DNA of 64,000 nucleotides from Nitrospirales bacterium (GTDB lineage: Bacteria > Nitrospirota > Nitrospiria > Nitrospirales > UBA8639). The notes beneath the pieces are model-generated. The model saw only the letters and a program-made list of their open reading frames with translations. It did no database searches and was not told where the DNA came from. The stretch is from NCBI GenBank assembly GCA_965223295.1, contig CBDCWC010000003.1:64001-128000 (forward strand), given 5' to 3'. A program made the translations under genes and the position numbers. Positions 51,284-60,755 of this stretch are shown one piece after another (the stretch's first letter is position 1; every line of letters begins with the position of its first letter).

Positions 51284-51924
51284 AAAAAAATCTGAGAATA
51301 ACTATTAAACGCTTAATCTTATAGCCCCCAGCTGAACTCACACATCAACATGAAAGAGAAAAGAGGCGCTGAACAAAGCAAGAAGCAGTATGCAGAAAAA
51401 CTCTTGGGTGGGACTATTCGTAGGCTAGCGAAACCATTTTGTTGAAGACGATCTTGGTGTTTATCGGCCTCTAATTTTTTGCGAGGCTACTGTAGGCTAA
51501 GAGCGGATTGTGGTGGTTGTGCGAGAGATGAATTCTTCCCCTCCAACAAAAGCGTGATTACTGTTCGACTTTTCTGAGCCTACAGTTCAGGCAGGTAGGT
51601 ACCTTATGCAAAAACGTTAATCAGCGTCCACGCAATAACCATGACAATTGCGATGAACCCTAACTCGTACAATGACTCCAGTTCCTGCTCCCACGTCCAA
51701 ACCGTTGACCTTATGAATTTTTGTAAAAGTTGAAAATTTAACATCATGCATCACGTCCGTTAGGAATACGTCATGAACTGATGGGGCCAATCCGTTCGGA
51801 TTCACTCCTCACCTCCTGTGCATATCCGCACAATTTTTCAGCTCTAGAGGTATGAGTCTACCCAAGCAAATGACGCACGAAAGAACCTATACCCGAAGAT
51901 TTTTTGGATTGTGAGTTCAGCAAA

Positions 51925-52248
51925 TCAGGCGAGTTTTAATCCCACCACACCGGAAATGATGAGAAGAATCGAGACCATGCGAATAGTCGTGAGCGCATCA
52001 CCAAAAAACATGACGCCAACCGCAAAGGTTCCGGCTGCTCCAATTCCCGTCCACACGGCATAGGCCGTCCCAATGGCAATGGTTCGTTGAGCAAACAGAA
52101 GCAAAGCCCCGCTAATCACAATACACCCTCCTGCAAACAAGAGCCAAGGGAGACTGGCTCCGTCATTTGTCCATCCATTCTTCAATCCTACCGGCCACCC
52201 GATTTCAAACAGCCCTGCCAGTAGCAGGCATATCCAAGCCACACTCAT
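51925..52248 (-). CDS. sugE: SMR-family exporter, SugE/Gdx subtype
   Basis: AGLFEIGWPVGLK, GTAYAVWTGIG and GVVGLKL motifs. Confidence 0.88.
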   Translation of the reverse strand: MSVAWICLLLAGLFEIGWPVGLKNGWTNDGASLPWLLFAGGCIVISGALLLFAQRTIAIGTAYAVWTGIGAAGTFAVGVMFFGDALTTIRMVSILLIISGVVGLKLA

Positions 52249-52433
52249 CGTCTCATCTCCTTTTCATATGTTGGCATCCTCTTTCACCTGACAAGAAAGA
52301 ATGCCCACCTACTACGATCGAGGGAAAAGCAGAATCTCAGAGGGACGGTCCACAGGATTTGCCAACGATAACCTCAATGGTACAATCAAGAAGACGTTCA
52401 CCTATCCTATTCACCAATTTCTGAGGAATCCTT

Positions 52434-52739
52434 ATGACGGCATTACTTGTTACGATGATCTTTGGACTGGTCTTTGTTTCTACTTCGACCCAGGCGGAGA
52501 CAAAAGAGAACTCTCTTTCTCGTTGCGAACAGTTAGCACTTGATTATTCACAACACCCTGACACGCTAGACATCACCCGCTTAAAACAACTCCAGTTCTG
52601 CATTAATCAGACACTCGCCAAACGTGAGACAACTGACCCTCCAACGATGCTGAGAGGAACGATTATTGAACCGCTCTCGCCTTCCGGCAACACCTCTGTG
52701 CCAGAGGCACCCGACCTTGGAAGCCCAGGAAAAAACTAA
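52434..52739 (+). CDS. Small exported hypothetical protein
   Basis: GAGGA RBS, signal peptide ending TQA, two Cys. Confidence 0.6.
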   Translation: MTALLVTMIFGLVFVSTSTQAETKENSLSRCEQLALDYSQHPDTLDITRLKQLQFCINQTLAKRETTDPPTMLRGTIIEPLSPSGNTSVPEAPDLGSPGKN

Positions 52740-52818
52740 ACAGTGCCATAATTTCTTATAACCATCTTGTTTGGCATGCGATGTTTCTCATACACACCCG
52801 CAAGCGGATTACCTGAAT

Positions 52819-52991
52819 GGGACTGTTGAATCATTCAATTTCAAGTTACGATAAGGCCTTCAGAGCCATGGGGGCTTCAATTCGACGGGAATGGTCAAAA
52901 AAGTCCGCTCGCCTGCACGAAGCCGCCTTCAACCTTCATAGCCCATCGGGTTACTCCGGCGGAGTAGGCGGCGGATTTTCTCAACATTCCC
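52819..52991 (+). mobile_element. MITE family 1, copy G
   Basis: GGGAC-TGTTGAA ... TCAACA-TTCCC with exact direct repeat TGAAT at 52814-52818 and 52992-52996. Confidence 0.85.
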
Positions 52992-52998
52992 TGAATTT

Positions 52999-54348
52999 CT
53001 AAACGACACCATACGCAAGCATGGCATTAGCGACTTTTGAAAAACCTGCGATATTGGCTCCTTTCACATAGTCAATATACCCATGTTCTTGGCCATGCCG
53101 CACGCATTCTTCATGAATGTTTGTCATAATGCCGCGTAGGCGTTTTTCTAGTTCCTCGTTAGACCACGACATACGAATACTGTTCTGCGTCATTTCTAGC
53201 CCAGAAACGGCCACACCCCCAGCATTAGAAGCCTTTCCTGGTGAGAATAAAATTTTCGCATGTTGAAATACATTGATGGCTTCTATTGTCGTTGGCATAT
53301 TGGCTCCCTCAGCAATGCCGATACAGCCATTTTTTATTAGCTCTTTCGCATCCTCATCATTCACTTCATTTTGTGTCGCGCAGGGAAAGGCTAATCGACA
53401 TGGCACAGCCCACGGCTTTTCATCCACGTGAAAGACGAGATTGTATTCTCGAGCATATTCGGCGAGTGACTGGCGCTTCACGGTTTTCAAATCAATGATA
53501 AAATTAAGCTTTTCTTGATCGATTCCATTGGGATCATGTACAAATCCTGTAGAGTCCGACATAGCAATGACCTTGGCACCGAGATGTAGTAATTTCAAAG
53601 CGGCATATTGTGCGACATTACCCGATCCTGAAATGACGCAGGTCTTTCCGGCCAAATCATCAGATTGATGTTTTAACATTTCTTCCATAAAGTACACGCA
53701 TCCAAATCCCGTCGCTTCCTTACGAATCTGGCTCCCCCCAAATTCCAGACCTTTGCCAGTCATGGTTCCTGTAAATTCATTCTTCAGGCGTTTGTATTGC
53801 CCAAACAGATAACTAATTTCTCGAGCGCCAACGCCAATATCGCCTGCAGGCACATCAATATCTTCGCCAATATGCTTGGCCAGCTCTATCATGAACGCTT
53901 GACAGAACCGCATCACCTCTCGAGCTGACTTTCCCTTAGGATTAAAATCCGCTCCACCCTTACCGGCTCCCATAGGAAGTGTCGTTAAACTGTTTTTAAA
54001 AATTTGTTCGAATCCCAAAAATTTCAGAATGCTCAGATTGACCGAGGGGTGGAAACGTAACCCTCCCTTGTAGGGGCCAATCGCGTTGTTAAATTGGACA
54101 CGATATCCGCGATTGACTCGGACGGTGCCTTCGTCGTCTTCCCAACAGACTCGAAAGATGATGATTCTATCCGGCTCGGTGAGACGTTCGAGTATTCGCT
54201 CTCTCTGGTACTGCGGAAACTTTTTGATATGGGGAATGAGATAGGTTGCCACTTCTTCCACCGCTTGATGGAATTCTGTTTCTCCAGGATTTCTTCGTTT
54301 CAAACCTGTCATGAACGTATCGAGAGATAAATCAGTGAATGCAGGCAT
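52999..54348 (-). CDS. gdhA: Glutamate dehydrogenase (NADP-specific type)
   Basis: GPYKGGLRFHP, DVPAGDIG, SGSGNVA, EGANMP and NAGGVAVSGLEM motifs. Confidence 0.97.
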   Translation of the reverse strand: MPAFTDLSLDTFMTGLKRRNPGETEFHQAVEEVATYLIPHIKKFPQYQRERILERLTEPDRIIIFRVCWEDDEGTVRVNRGYRVQFNNAIGPYKGGLRFHPSVNLSILKFLGFEQIFKNSLTTLPMGAGKGGADFNPKGKSAREVMRFCQAFMIELAKHIGEDIDVPAGDIGVGAREISYLFGQYKRLKNEFTGTMTGKGLEFGGSQIRKEATGFGCVYFMEEMLKHQSDDLAGKTCVISGSGNVAQYAALKLLHLGAKVIAMSDSTGFVHDPNGIDQEKLNFIIDLKTVKRQSLAEYAREYNLVFHVDEKPWAVPCRLAFPCATQNEVNDEDAKELIKNGCIGIAEGANMPTTIEAINVFQHAKILFSPGKASNAGGVAVSGLEMTQNSIRMSWSNEELEKRLRGIMTNIHEECVRHGQEHGYIDYVKGANIAGFSKVANAMLAYGVV

Positions 54349-54528
54349 GACATCTCTCCTATTAGAACAAAATCAAACTTTTAACCTAGTCAATCTCTTG
54401 GACATGATACCGGTAGAAATTCCTCATTTGTCTACTAGGCAAATTTTTGCTGAGGTGCTATCAATAAAGCAAGCTTGCTTGAAATCAGAAATGCATGCGA
54501 AACCATTAAACAACTAAGGAGGTGCAGA

Positions 54529-54693
54529 ATGTTAAGTTGGGCAATTACTTTTCTCATTATCGCATTAATCGCTGGTGCAATAGGGCTGACGGGAGTAGCT
54601 GGCACCGCATCAAATATTGCTTGGATACTTTTTGTGGTATTTCTCATTATTTTTGTTGTGAGTTTGGTGATGGGCCGCCGACCTCCCGCATAG
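54529..54693 (+). CDS. DUF1328/UPF0391 (YtjA-like) small membrane protein
   Basis: [43 protein letters not shown]. Confidence 0.92.
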   Translation: MLSWAITFLIIALIAGAIGLTGVAGTASNIAWILFVVFLIIFVVSLVMGRRPPA

Positions 54694-55047
54694 CGAATCA
54701 ATCCCTCTCTTCCACTTTCTTTACAAGCATTAGATCGAATGCACCCAAACTAACTAATTTGATCTTTGTTGACCTTACGGATGGATAGTCGAGGAAGGAC
54801 CCGTTATTGTTCGGAAAGCGGATCTGATGAGCAAGAGGTTAGAACCTTTTTGATGAAAAATGCATTAATCCTCTAATCTTATTCACTGATGTCGCCATGA
54901 AGCAAAACCATGGCCAACCCCAATAATTCTTTTTCATTTTTCTCACTAGTAGTCAGTTGCCAGCTTTCACCTTTCCCTGTAAACTTTCTCGCAGTTTAAC
55001 TTTAACTCAGAGCTCTCTCCTCCCCAAAAATTGAATTCTCTGGCTCC

Positions 55048-55893
55048 ATGCCACACACTATTGTTCATACAAAGGAAGAATATGTTCAATTTCTTGAGAA
55101 GGCAATGCCCTTGTTACTCAGTCGAGCAAGTGACTATGCGAAGAAAATTCTTCGGGAAACAGAGCAATGGAAAGACGACGTTAGGCATGAAAAACTTGCT
55201 CTCCGTCTGGGGTACGAATTAGTTGAACGATTTATAGAATATGCACGCCATGAAATTCCTTGTCGTCCCTTTCTCTTACTAGACAGCTTTGTCGCAAAGT
55301 ATTTCAGCCAACCAAATTCCTTTCCTTACAATGATCAGGCACATACGCCGCTAGGAATCTTTATTGAGGGTCTTACTTCAAGGGCAGTCGTCAGCCGTGA
55401 CGCGCTCATAGCACAATTTACTCATTTCTATCGCCTCACACCATCACAGGTTATTCGACTGCTAGGTCTGTCAGATGAACAAAGTCAGCGAATTTACAAA
55501 AATGTGACTCGTTGGCGTCAGTCGGGCTGGCTTCGAACTATGAGAGATATTGGCTTGCCTCTACCCTCGATCACCACTCTAGAGCAGCAGCTGCAAGCCG
55601 ATCCAGATACCATCAATAACAATGCAAAGAACCTACTACTTCAGTTTCAGTCTTATTACCGAAAGAGTGAGCCGGAGCACTATCCTTGCAATAGTAAAGA
55701 AAAGTTGGAGGAGATGTTCATAGAAGGACATAGCCAGGACTATCGGACCTGGCATCTCGCGATGTGCTATACCTGCCTGGAACTAGTTTATGAATTGGGG
55801 ATCGAAGCAATATCCGACAGTGATCCGTTTAATCTCAAACTTCAAATACAGCCAACGAGCCTCGTTTCTAATATACCAATGGCAAATTTTTAA
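55048..55893 (+). CDS. Hypothetical protein with sigma4-like HTH and HxxxCxxC zinc motif
   Basis: LTPSQVIRLLGLS...RIYKNVTRWR, and HYPC...WHLAMCYTC. Confidence 0.65.
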   Translation: MPHTIVHTKEEYVQFLEKAMPLLLSRASDYAKKILRETEQWKDDVRHEKLALRLGYELVERFIEYARHEIPCRPFLLLDSFVAKYFSQPNSFPYNDQAHTPLGIFIEGLTSRAVVSRDALIAQFTHFYRLTPSQVIRLLGLSDEQSQRIYKNVTRWRQSGWLRTMRDIGLPLPSITTLEQQLQADPDTINNNAKNLLLQFQSYYRKSEPEHYPCNSKEKLEEMFIEGHSQDYRTWHLAMCYTCLELVYELGIEAISDSDPFNLKLQIQPTSLVSNIPMANF

Positions 55894-55905
55894 GGATAAA
55901 CAGTC

Positions 55906-57093
55906 GTGAGTCATAATGAAGAGTTACTAAGATACGAGGGGCATCTTGTTCAGGCCTTATTGGATCAGCCTGAGCGAAGACAAACAGAGCCTCCTGGTTC
56001 ATTTCAAGTCTTTATCGGGACTCAAAGCCTAGGAGCATTAGAATGCGATGGGAATGCAAAAATCGAAAAAACTTTTACAGAAATTCCTGTTCAAGAGCTA
56101 ATTGAACTACGTTCTTCCTCCGGTCTTCTGTTAGGATCCCTGTATTCTGAACCTCGCAAACAAAAAACCGCAGAATTTCAGGCAGGAAATTTTTCACTGC
56201 GGCTTAAACTACAGACTGAGGATAACAAAGGGGTACTCCTTCTCACAGCCCAAAATCTCTTCAATTTTAACGGCATTTCACCTTTTCAGAGTTCGTTAAT
56301 AAACTCTACTAAACAAACCGAAAAAGACAGGAATGCATGGTCAATGGTGGCTCTTGCCGCTCAACTTCTTTTACTTGCAGGAGTCATATTCTTGGTTGTC
56401 GACCGACTTTACCACAGCAACTTCCGCATGAATGATGTCAGTAGAATTGTAGCCTCCCAAGATCAGCAACTACAAAAGATGTCACAGCAACTTTTAGACC
56501 TTCAAAGTAAATTGGAAAAGTCTCCAAGCATAATGGTGAATGATACATCCAACACATCAAAATCAGAAGGAGGCATCGTAAAAGAGAAAGGGTTAAAGGA
56601 AGCAGTTGGAGATTCTATCCTAGCCAAAAAACCTGAAACTTTAGAGCAGGGACTTTTGAAAAACCGCCCCGTGTGGGTGCGATTTAAGAAGGATCTGCCT
56701 GATTCAAGAATTCAGGAAATCTTAGCCCAAGTCCCTACACAACAACGTTATAGGACGGGACGTTGGTATACTCTCAATTTCGATCAATCTAATTCTCGAA
56801 CACCGGATTTGCCATTCAAGTCTTGGAAAGAAAGAGGAGATATTGAAATTGTCACCACCTCGACAGTTACTCACAGAGTTCAAGTCCGATTCCGAAAAGA
56901 CGCTCCAGACAATGCAGTAAATAGATTTTTCGAAGAAATTCGTGTCAAAAGGACAAAGCCAAATAACAACTGGTATGACATCGATCTCGCTCTTCCGGAT
57001 TCCGAAGAGCCAAGAGCTTTCATTGACGAATTGCCTTCGAAAAAGATAATTGATGGGATAAAAGTCGATATGGCACATTTGCCTTCTCGTTAA
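55906..57093 (+). CDS. Single-pass membrane protein with coiled coil and two VRF repeats
   Basis: Central TM segment, Q/L-rich heptads, repeats VWVRFKKD...WY and VQVRFRKD...WY. Confidence 0.7.
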   Translation: MSHNEELLRYEGHLVQALLDQPERRQTEPPGSFQVFIGTQSLGALECDGNAKIEKTFTEIPVQELIELRSSSGLLLGSLYSEPRKQKTAEFQAGNFSLRLKLQTEDNKGVLLLTAQNLFNFNGISPFQSSLINSTKQTEKDRNAWSMVALAAQLLLLAGVIFLVVDRLYHSNFRMNDVSRIVASQDQQLQKMSQQLLDLQSKLEKSPSIMVNDTSNTSKSEGGIVKEKGLKEAVGDSILAKKPETLEQGLLKNRPVWVRFKKDLPDSRIQEILAQVPTQQRYRTGRWYTLNFDQSNSRTPDLPFKSWKERGDIEIVTTSTVTHRVQVRFRKDAPDNAVNRFFEEIRVKRTKPNNNWYDIDLALPDSEEPRAFIDELPSKKIIDGIKVDMAHLPSR

Positions 57094-57753
57094 CTTAAGA
57101 TCGTGTTGACAATGACCGGTCATTAAACCTCAAAGAAAGACTAGGAACGCAACAAAACGAGGGGGCGTTAGTCGCCTCTCTTTAGCATTCGAAAGACCAC
57201 TCGCACAGTCACTCACACTCATGTCCATCACCTCACTTCCAATCATTTCCTCGTCTTTTTCACAACAATATCTCTTTGAACCATCCCTAGGCCTTCACTA
57301 ACCGCGTCAAAATTGAGTCAAGTTTATTCAGACGTGAGTTAAGTAGACAATTTGGCAATAGAAGTGCCTTGTCTCTTGGGCTAGACCAGATTTCGACTTA
57401 GGATTTTACAAATACGGAGAAAAGAGTTGGCACGATCCCATGTTGCAGTTGCAACTAATCGGATTAGCTCTGCTGGTAGGAAAGGAAGTCAATGCCAGAA
57501 TTGAAAACCCATACACCATAGCGTAAAGATACGTTCCCACCTCTCTCCTACTCACTAGACTTACCACATCTTTCCCTTTTCCTTCCGCCACGATCACAAA
57601 TCTAAAATAAAGAGAGATCTAAGCACTAGACATTTGTAGATTGAATTGCTGCGTTTTGTCCGTTGTATCTCTGCGCTCGTCCCAGTTACAAGTACTCATG
57701 TAGCTTGTTCAGCAACAGCAAAACTAACCCATTCATTAACCAAGGAGGTCATT

Positions 57754-57954
57754 GTGAACCAGGAACAATTTAAAGGCAAATGGAACCAATTCAAAGGGGA
57801 GGTCAAGCAACAGTTCGGCAAACTAACCGACGATGACTTGCTCGAAATTGAAGGCGACTACGATAAATTTAAAGGGAAAGTCCAAGAACGCTATGGAGAT
57901 CAGAAAGAAGCCATTGAAGATTGGGTAGAACAATGGCACAAATCCAACACCTAA
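57754..57954 (+). CDS. CsbD/YjbJ family stress protein
   Basis: QFKGKWNQFKGEVKQQFGKLTDDDL...VQERYG; AAGGAGG RBS before GTG. Confidence 0.93.
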   Translation: MNQEQFKGKWNQFKGEVKQQFGKLTDDDLLEIEGDYDKFKGKVQERYGDQKEAIEDWVEQWHKSNT

Positions 57955-58037
57955 TCCCTCACAAGAAAACCGTTAGTGTAAAATTTGAAGGGTTCATAGA
58001 GCGTAGAAATAAGTGTCAGTAATCATGAGGAGGAAAT

Positions 58038-58427
58038 ATGCGAAACAATAAACACCTAACAATTATGACAGTCTTGTTGGGCTTGATAATAGTCGGAGGC
58101 CCACATTCAGCTTTGGCTAATTGGTGGATTGAGAATCCGAATCCACACATGTCTTCCTCAAAGGAGGGTCACATCTTTTTGGTCGTGAATCAAGACCAGT
58201 TTGAGGGGCAGTGGAAACAATTCAAAGGAGAATTAAAAAAACAATGGGGGAATTTTACCGACGATGATCTACTTCAAATTGAAGGAAAGATGGAAAAGCT
58301 TGAAGGGAAAATTCAGGAAAGATATGGAGATAGAAAAGAAGAACTGAAAGAATGGATGGATGAATGGTTTGATCAGCACGCCCTTGAAGCCCAATCACCT
58401 AACACCTCGAACCTTGAGAATGATTAA
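58038..58427 (+). CDS. CsbD family protein with N-terminal signal peptide
   Basis: Signal peptide ending ALA, then QFEGQWKQFKGELKKQWGNFTDDDL...IQERYG. Confidence 0.88.
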   Translation: MRNNKHLTIMTVLLGLIIVGGPHSALANWWIENPNPHMSSSKEGHIFLVVNQDQFEGQWKQFKGELKKQWGNFTDDDLLQIEGKMEKLEGKIQERYGDRKEELKEWMDEWFDQHALEAQSPNTSNLEND

Positions 58428-58599
58428 ATTCTTAGGAAAGATATTGAAATGTTGGGATAACTCACCTTCAAGTAAAAAAGGAACGTTTTTATTGTTTTCC
58501 ATCTAGCGATCCAATAGTAATCTTTAGGGCTTACAACGTATATAAAGAGCGCTTTCGAAAAATCTCTTCTTAAATCAAGGATTAACCATTGTTGGTTCA

Positions 58600-59019
58600 T
58601 TAACAACCCACACACACCTCCATCATTCCGGGAGAGACATGTGCGCCCGATTTGGTCGAGATGACAATGATATCATCTAGTGCATGAAGTATGATTTGGT
58701 CTATGGGTCCGTTCCGAAGCTCTGGTTGGGACAAAAGACTTTTGTAAAGCTCGTCAGCTAATTCTTCAGCTGAAAGTGGCCGTTTCATTGTGACGATGAG
58801 CCCAGTTGAATTGTAGAGATGGTCAAGACCAGCTAAGAATCCGAAAACAAAAGCGGCACGACTTCGTGTTGGTAGCTCCATCCGCTTTTTTGCTTCGGTT
58901 TCATCAGCATTCAGTATGAAGCGATTTTCGGCTGTTGAAGATACTGAAAGAAAAAGTACAAGAAAAAAAATCAAGAATTGGATACAGCCTGTTAGAGGTA
59001 GTCTGCATTTTAGTTTCAT
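58600..59019 (-). CDS. Hypothetical exported protein
   Basis: Signal-like N-terminus; GAGG upstream; FVFGFLAG helix. Confidence 0.55.
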   Translation of the reverse strand: MKLKCRLPLTGCIQFLIFFLVLFLSVSSTAENRFILNADETEAKKRMELPTRSRAAFVFGFLAGLDHLYNSTGLIVTMKRPLSAEELADELYKSLLSQPELRNGPIDQIILHALDDIIVISTKSGAHVSPGMMEVCVGC

Positions 59020-59455
59020 AGCAATGCCTCAGTTGAATGAGAAATCCCACAATCAAACGTTAAATAGTAACTACGTCTCTCTCAGGCGAGCAAACAATCT
59101 CTAATTGCCGATTGCTTGGATGGAATTCAGAACGATTAATAAATAATGTGACCATTGTCCATAAAAAATTGTTAACTACTCAAGTTTCAGTAAGTACAGA
59201 TAGGTTAATGCTCTCTAGAAAACTTCATCATCGACATATACGCAATGTTATTCAATCAATGACTTGAGAAACTTAGAGTTTAGTGAATGCTACGTAGTTT
59301 TCAATCTTTTTTCGGATTTTCCATTCGTACAATGGATGGTCATATAGGGACCTTAAAAGATGTGTATTTTGAAGATCAACAGTGGCTTATTCGACATCTC
59401 GTGGCTGATACAGGTCATTGGCTTTCTGGCACCTCGTCCTTTTAGGCACGGATCA

Positions 59456-59606
59456 TTTGCACAGGCTTTTGGTTCCAGCAGTATCGACTTTGAAGTAACG
59501 TGGTGGACGGACTCTAAACCGGTAGAAGTGCGGTGATCGAGTGGTAGCGGCGGTCAAAAAAGCCTTAAACGAAACTAGAATTGAAATTTCCTTTCCTGAA
59601 CCTTGA
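59456..59606 (+). pseudogene. C-terminal remnant of an MscS mechanosensitive channel
   Basis: FAQAFGSSSIDFEVTWWT.SKPVEVR*, then frameshift to DRVVAAVKKALNETRIEISFP, matching the MscS FGxSSI.F and GIEIPFP motifs. Confidence 0.72.
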
Positions 59607-59702
59607 TATTTGCAGAACCATTGAAAGCATTGATAGAGCAGAATAATTTTCGTTAGTAAAAACTTACAGAAAGAAAAAAATCGCAGATGACGTATCAGGC
59701 TC

Positions 59703-60149
59703 ATGCTACTAGAAGATATTAAGTGGGCAGAAATACTATCTCACCTTTATCATCTTGTTATTGCTTATCTATTGGCGGTTCCCATTGGTTGGGATCGTGA
59801 ATACAGATCTCTGGGGGCCGGAATCCGAACCTTCCCTCTTGTTGCAATGGCTTCTTGTGGATATATGTTAACCGGAATTTACGTTCTGGAGTTAGATGAT
59901 GCAAGGTCAAGAGTAATGTATGGAATTTTGACAGGCATTGGATTCATAGGTGGTGGAGCCATCATAAAAGAAAAAGGAAATGTGGCCGGCACCGCCACAG
60001 CAGCCAGCGTTTGGAGTACTGGAGCTATTGGAATGGCCGTGGCCTGGAATCGTTTTGAAATTGCATTAGTTCTTAGCATCATGACATTTTTCTCTCTGCG
60101 ATTTGGGAAATTCCCTGCAAGCGAAACACATGCTGAAAAGTCTAAATGA
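59703..60149 (+). CDS. MgtC/SapB family membrane protein
   Basis: IGWDRE, AGIRTF, TGIGFIGGGAI and TATAASVW motifs. Confidence 0.92.
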   Translation: MLLEDIKWAEILSHLYHLVIAYLLAVPIGWDREYRSLGAGIRTFPLVAMASCGYMLTGIYVLELDDARSRVMYGILTGIGFIGGGAIIKEKGNVAGTATAASVWSTGAIGMAVAWNRFEIALVLSIMTFFSLRFGKFPASETHAEKSK

Positions 60150-60755
60150 AATTTAAATTTAGCCGGGGAGAAAAAAATGATGTGCTCGTACCTCTCACCT
60201 AATCATTGATCAGCCTGAACTAGGAAAATATATCCCGAATGATTTTGGTGCTCCTATTTGGTGTTAGAGCACTATGACGACCTGCATTAGAATCCTTCCC
60301 AAATCTTGCTACCGAAAAGCCGACATGGGATGGAAGCAGGTAAAAGTTCAGAAAACTATCGGGTGCAACGATAAAGAAAAAGTTTGGGAGAATGAAGAAA
60401 AATGGCTCAATTACAACAGTGCCTATTTGTGGTCTAATAAATGTGCCTGAAAACTTTCGACGGCAAAATCCACTCCCTCCTGGACATTTAAAAGCATGCC
60501 ACCAGATTCCTTTATCGAATACAATCTGGATAACCAATTCGCTCGGTTCGTTATTTGAATATTCAGAACTGGGCGAGCATTGCCTTCCAATAGAAGAGGA
60601 CATTTAATTTTATCCAAAACGATGTCAACGCCTAAGGTGCCAAAGGCATTCTCGTTGAGAGGCGACCCATTGCCATCACCGGAACACCTAATAGAACAAT
60701 AACCCGCATGTCGCCCCCCCTTGATAGCTAATTAACTCAAAAAACAGGTCAGCAT

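Noticed and set aside
51617-51805. 62-aa ORF with AGGAGGT upstream
   Set aside because: RBS-like site present but no recognisable family; cannot be supported as a gene.
52249-52430. Guanidine riboswitch upstream of sugE/gdx
   Set aside because: No twin ACGR hairpins or ykkC-type conserved motifs on the minus strand.
7554-52991. CRISPR array interpretation of the repeats
   Set aside because: Copies are dispersed, long and degenerate, with no regular spacers or cas genes.
60220-60617. Short ORFs between mgtC and the ABC gene
   Set aside because: No motifs recognised in any frame; may be an unidentifiable remnant.
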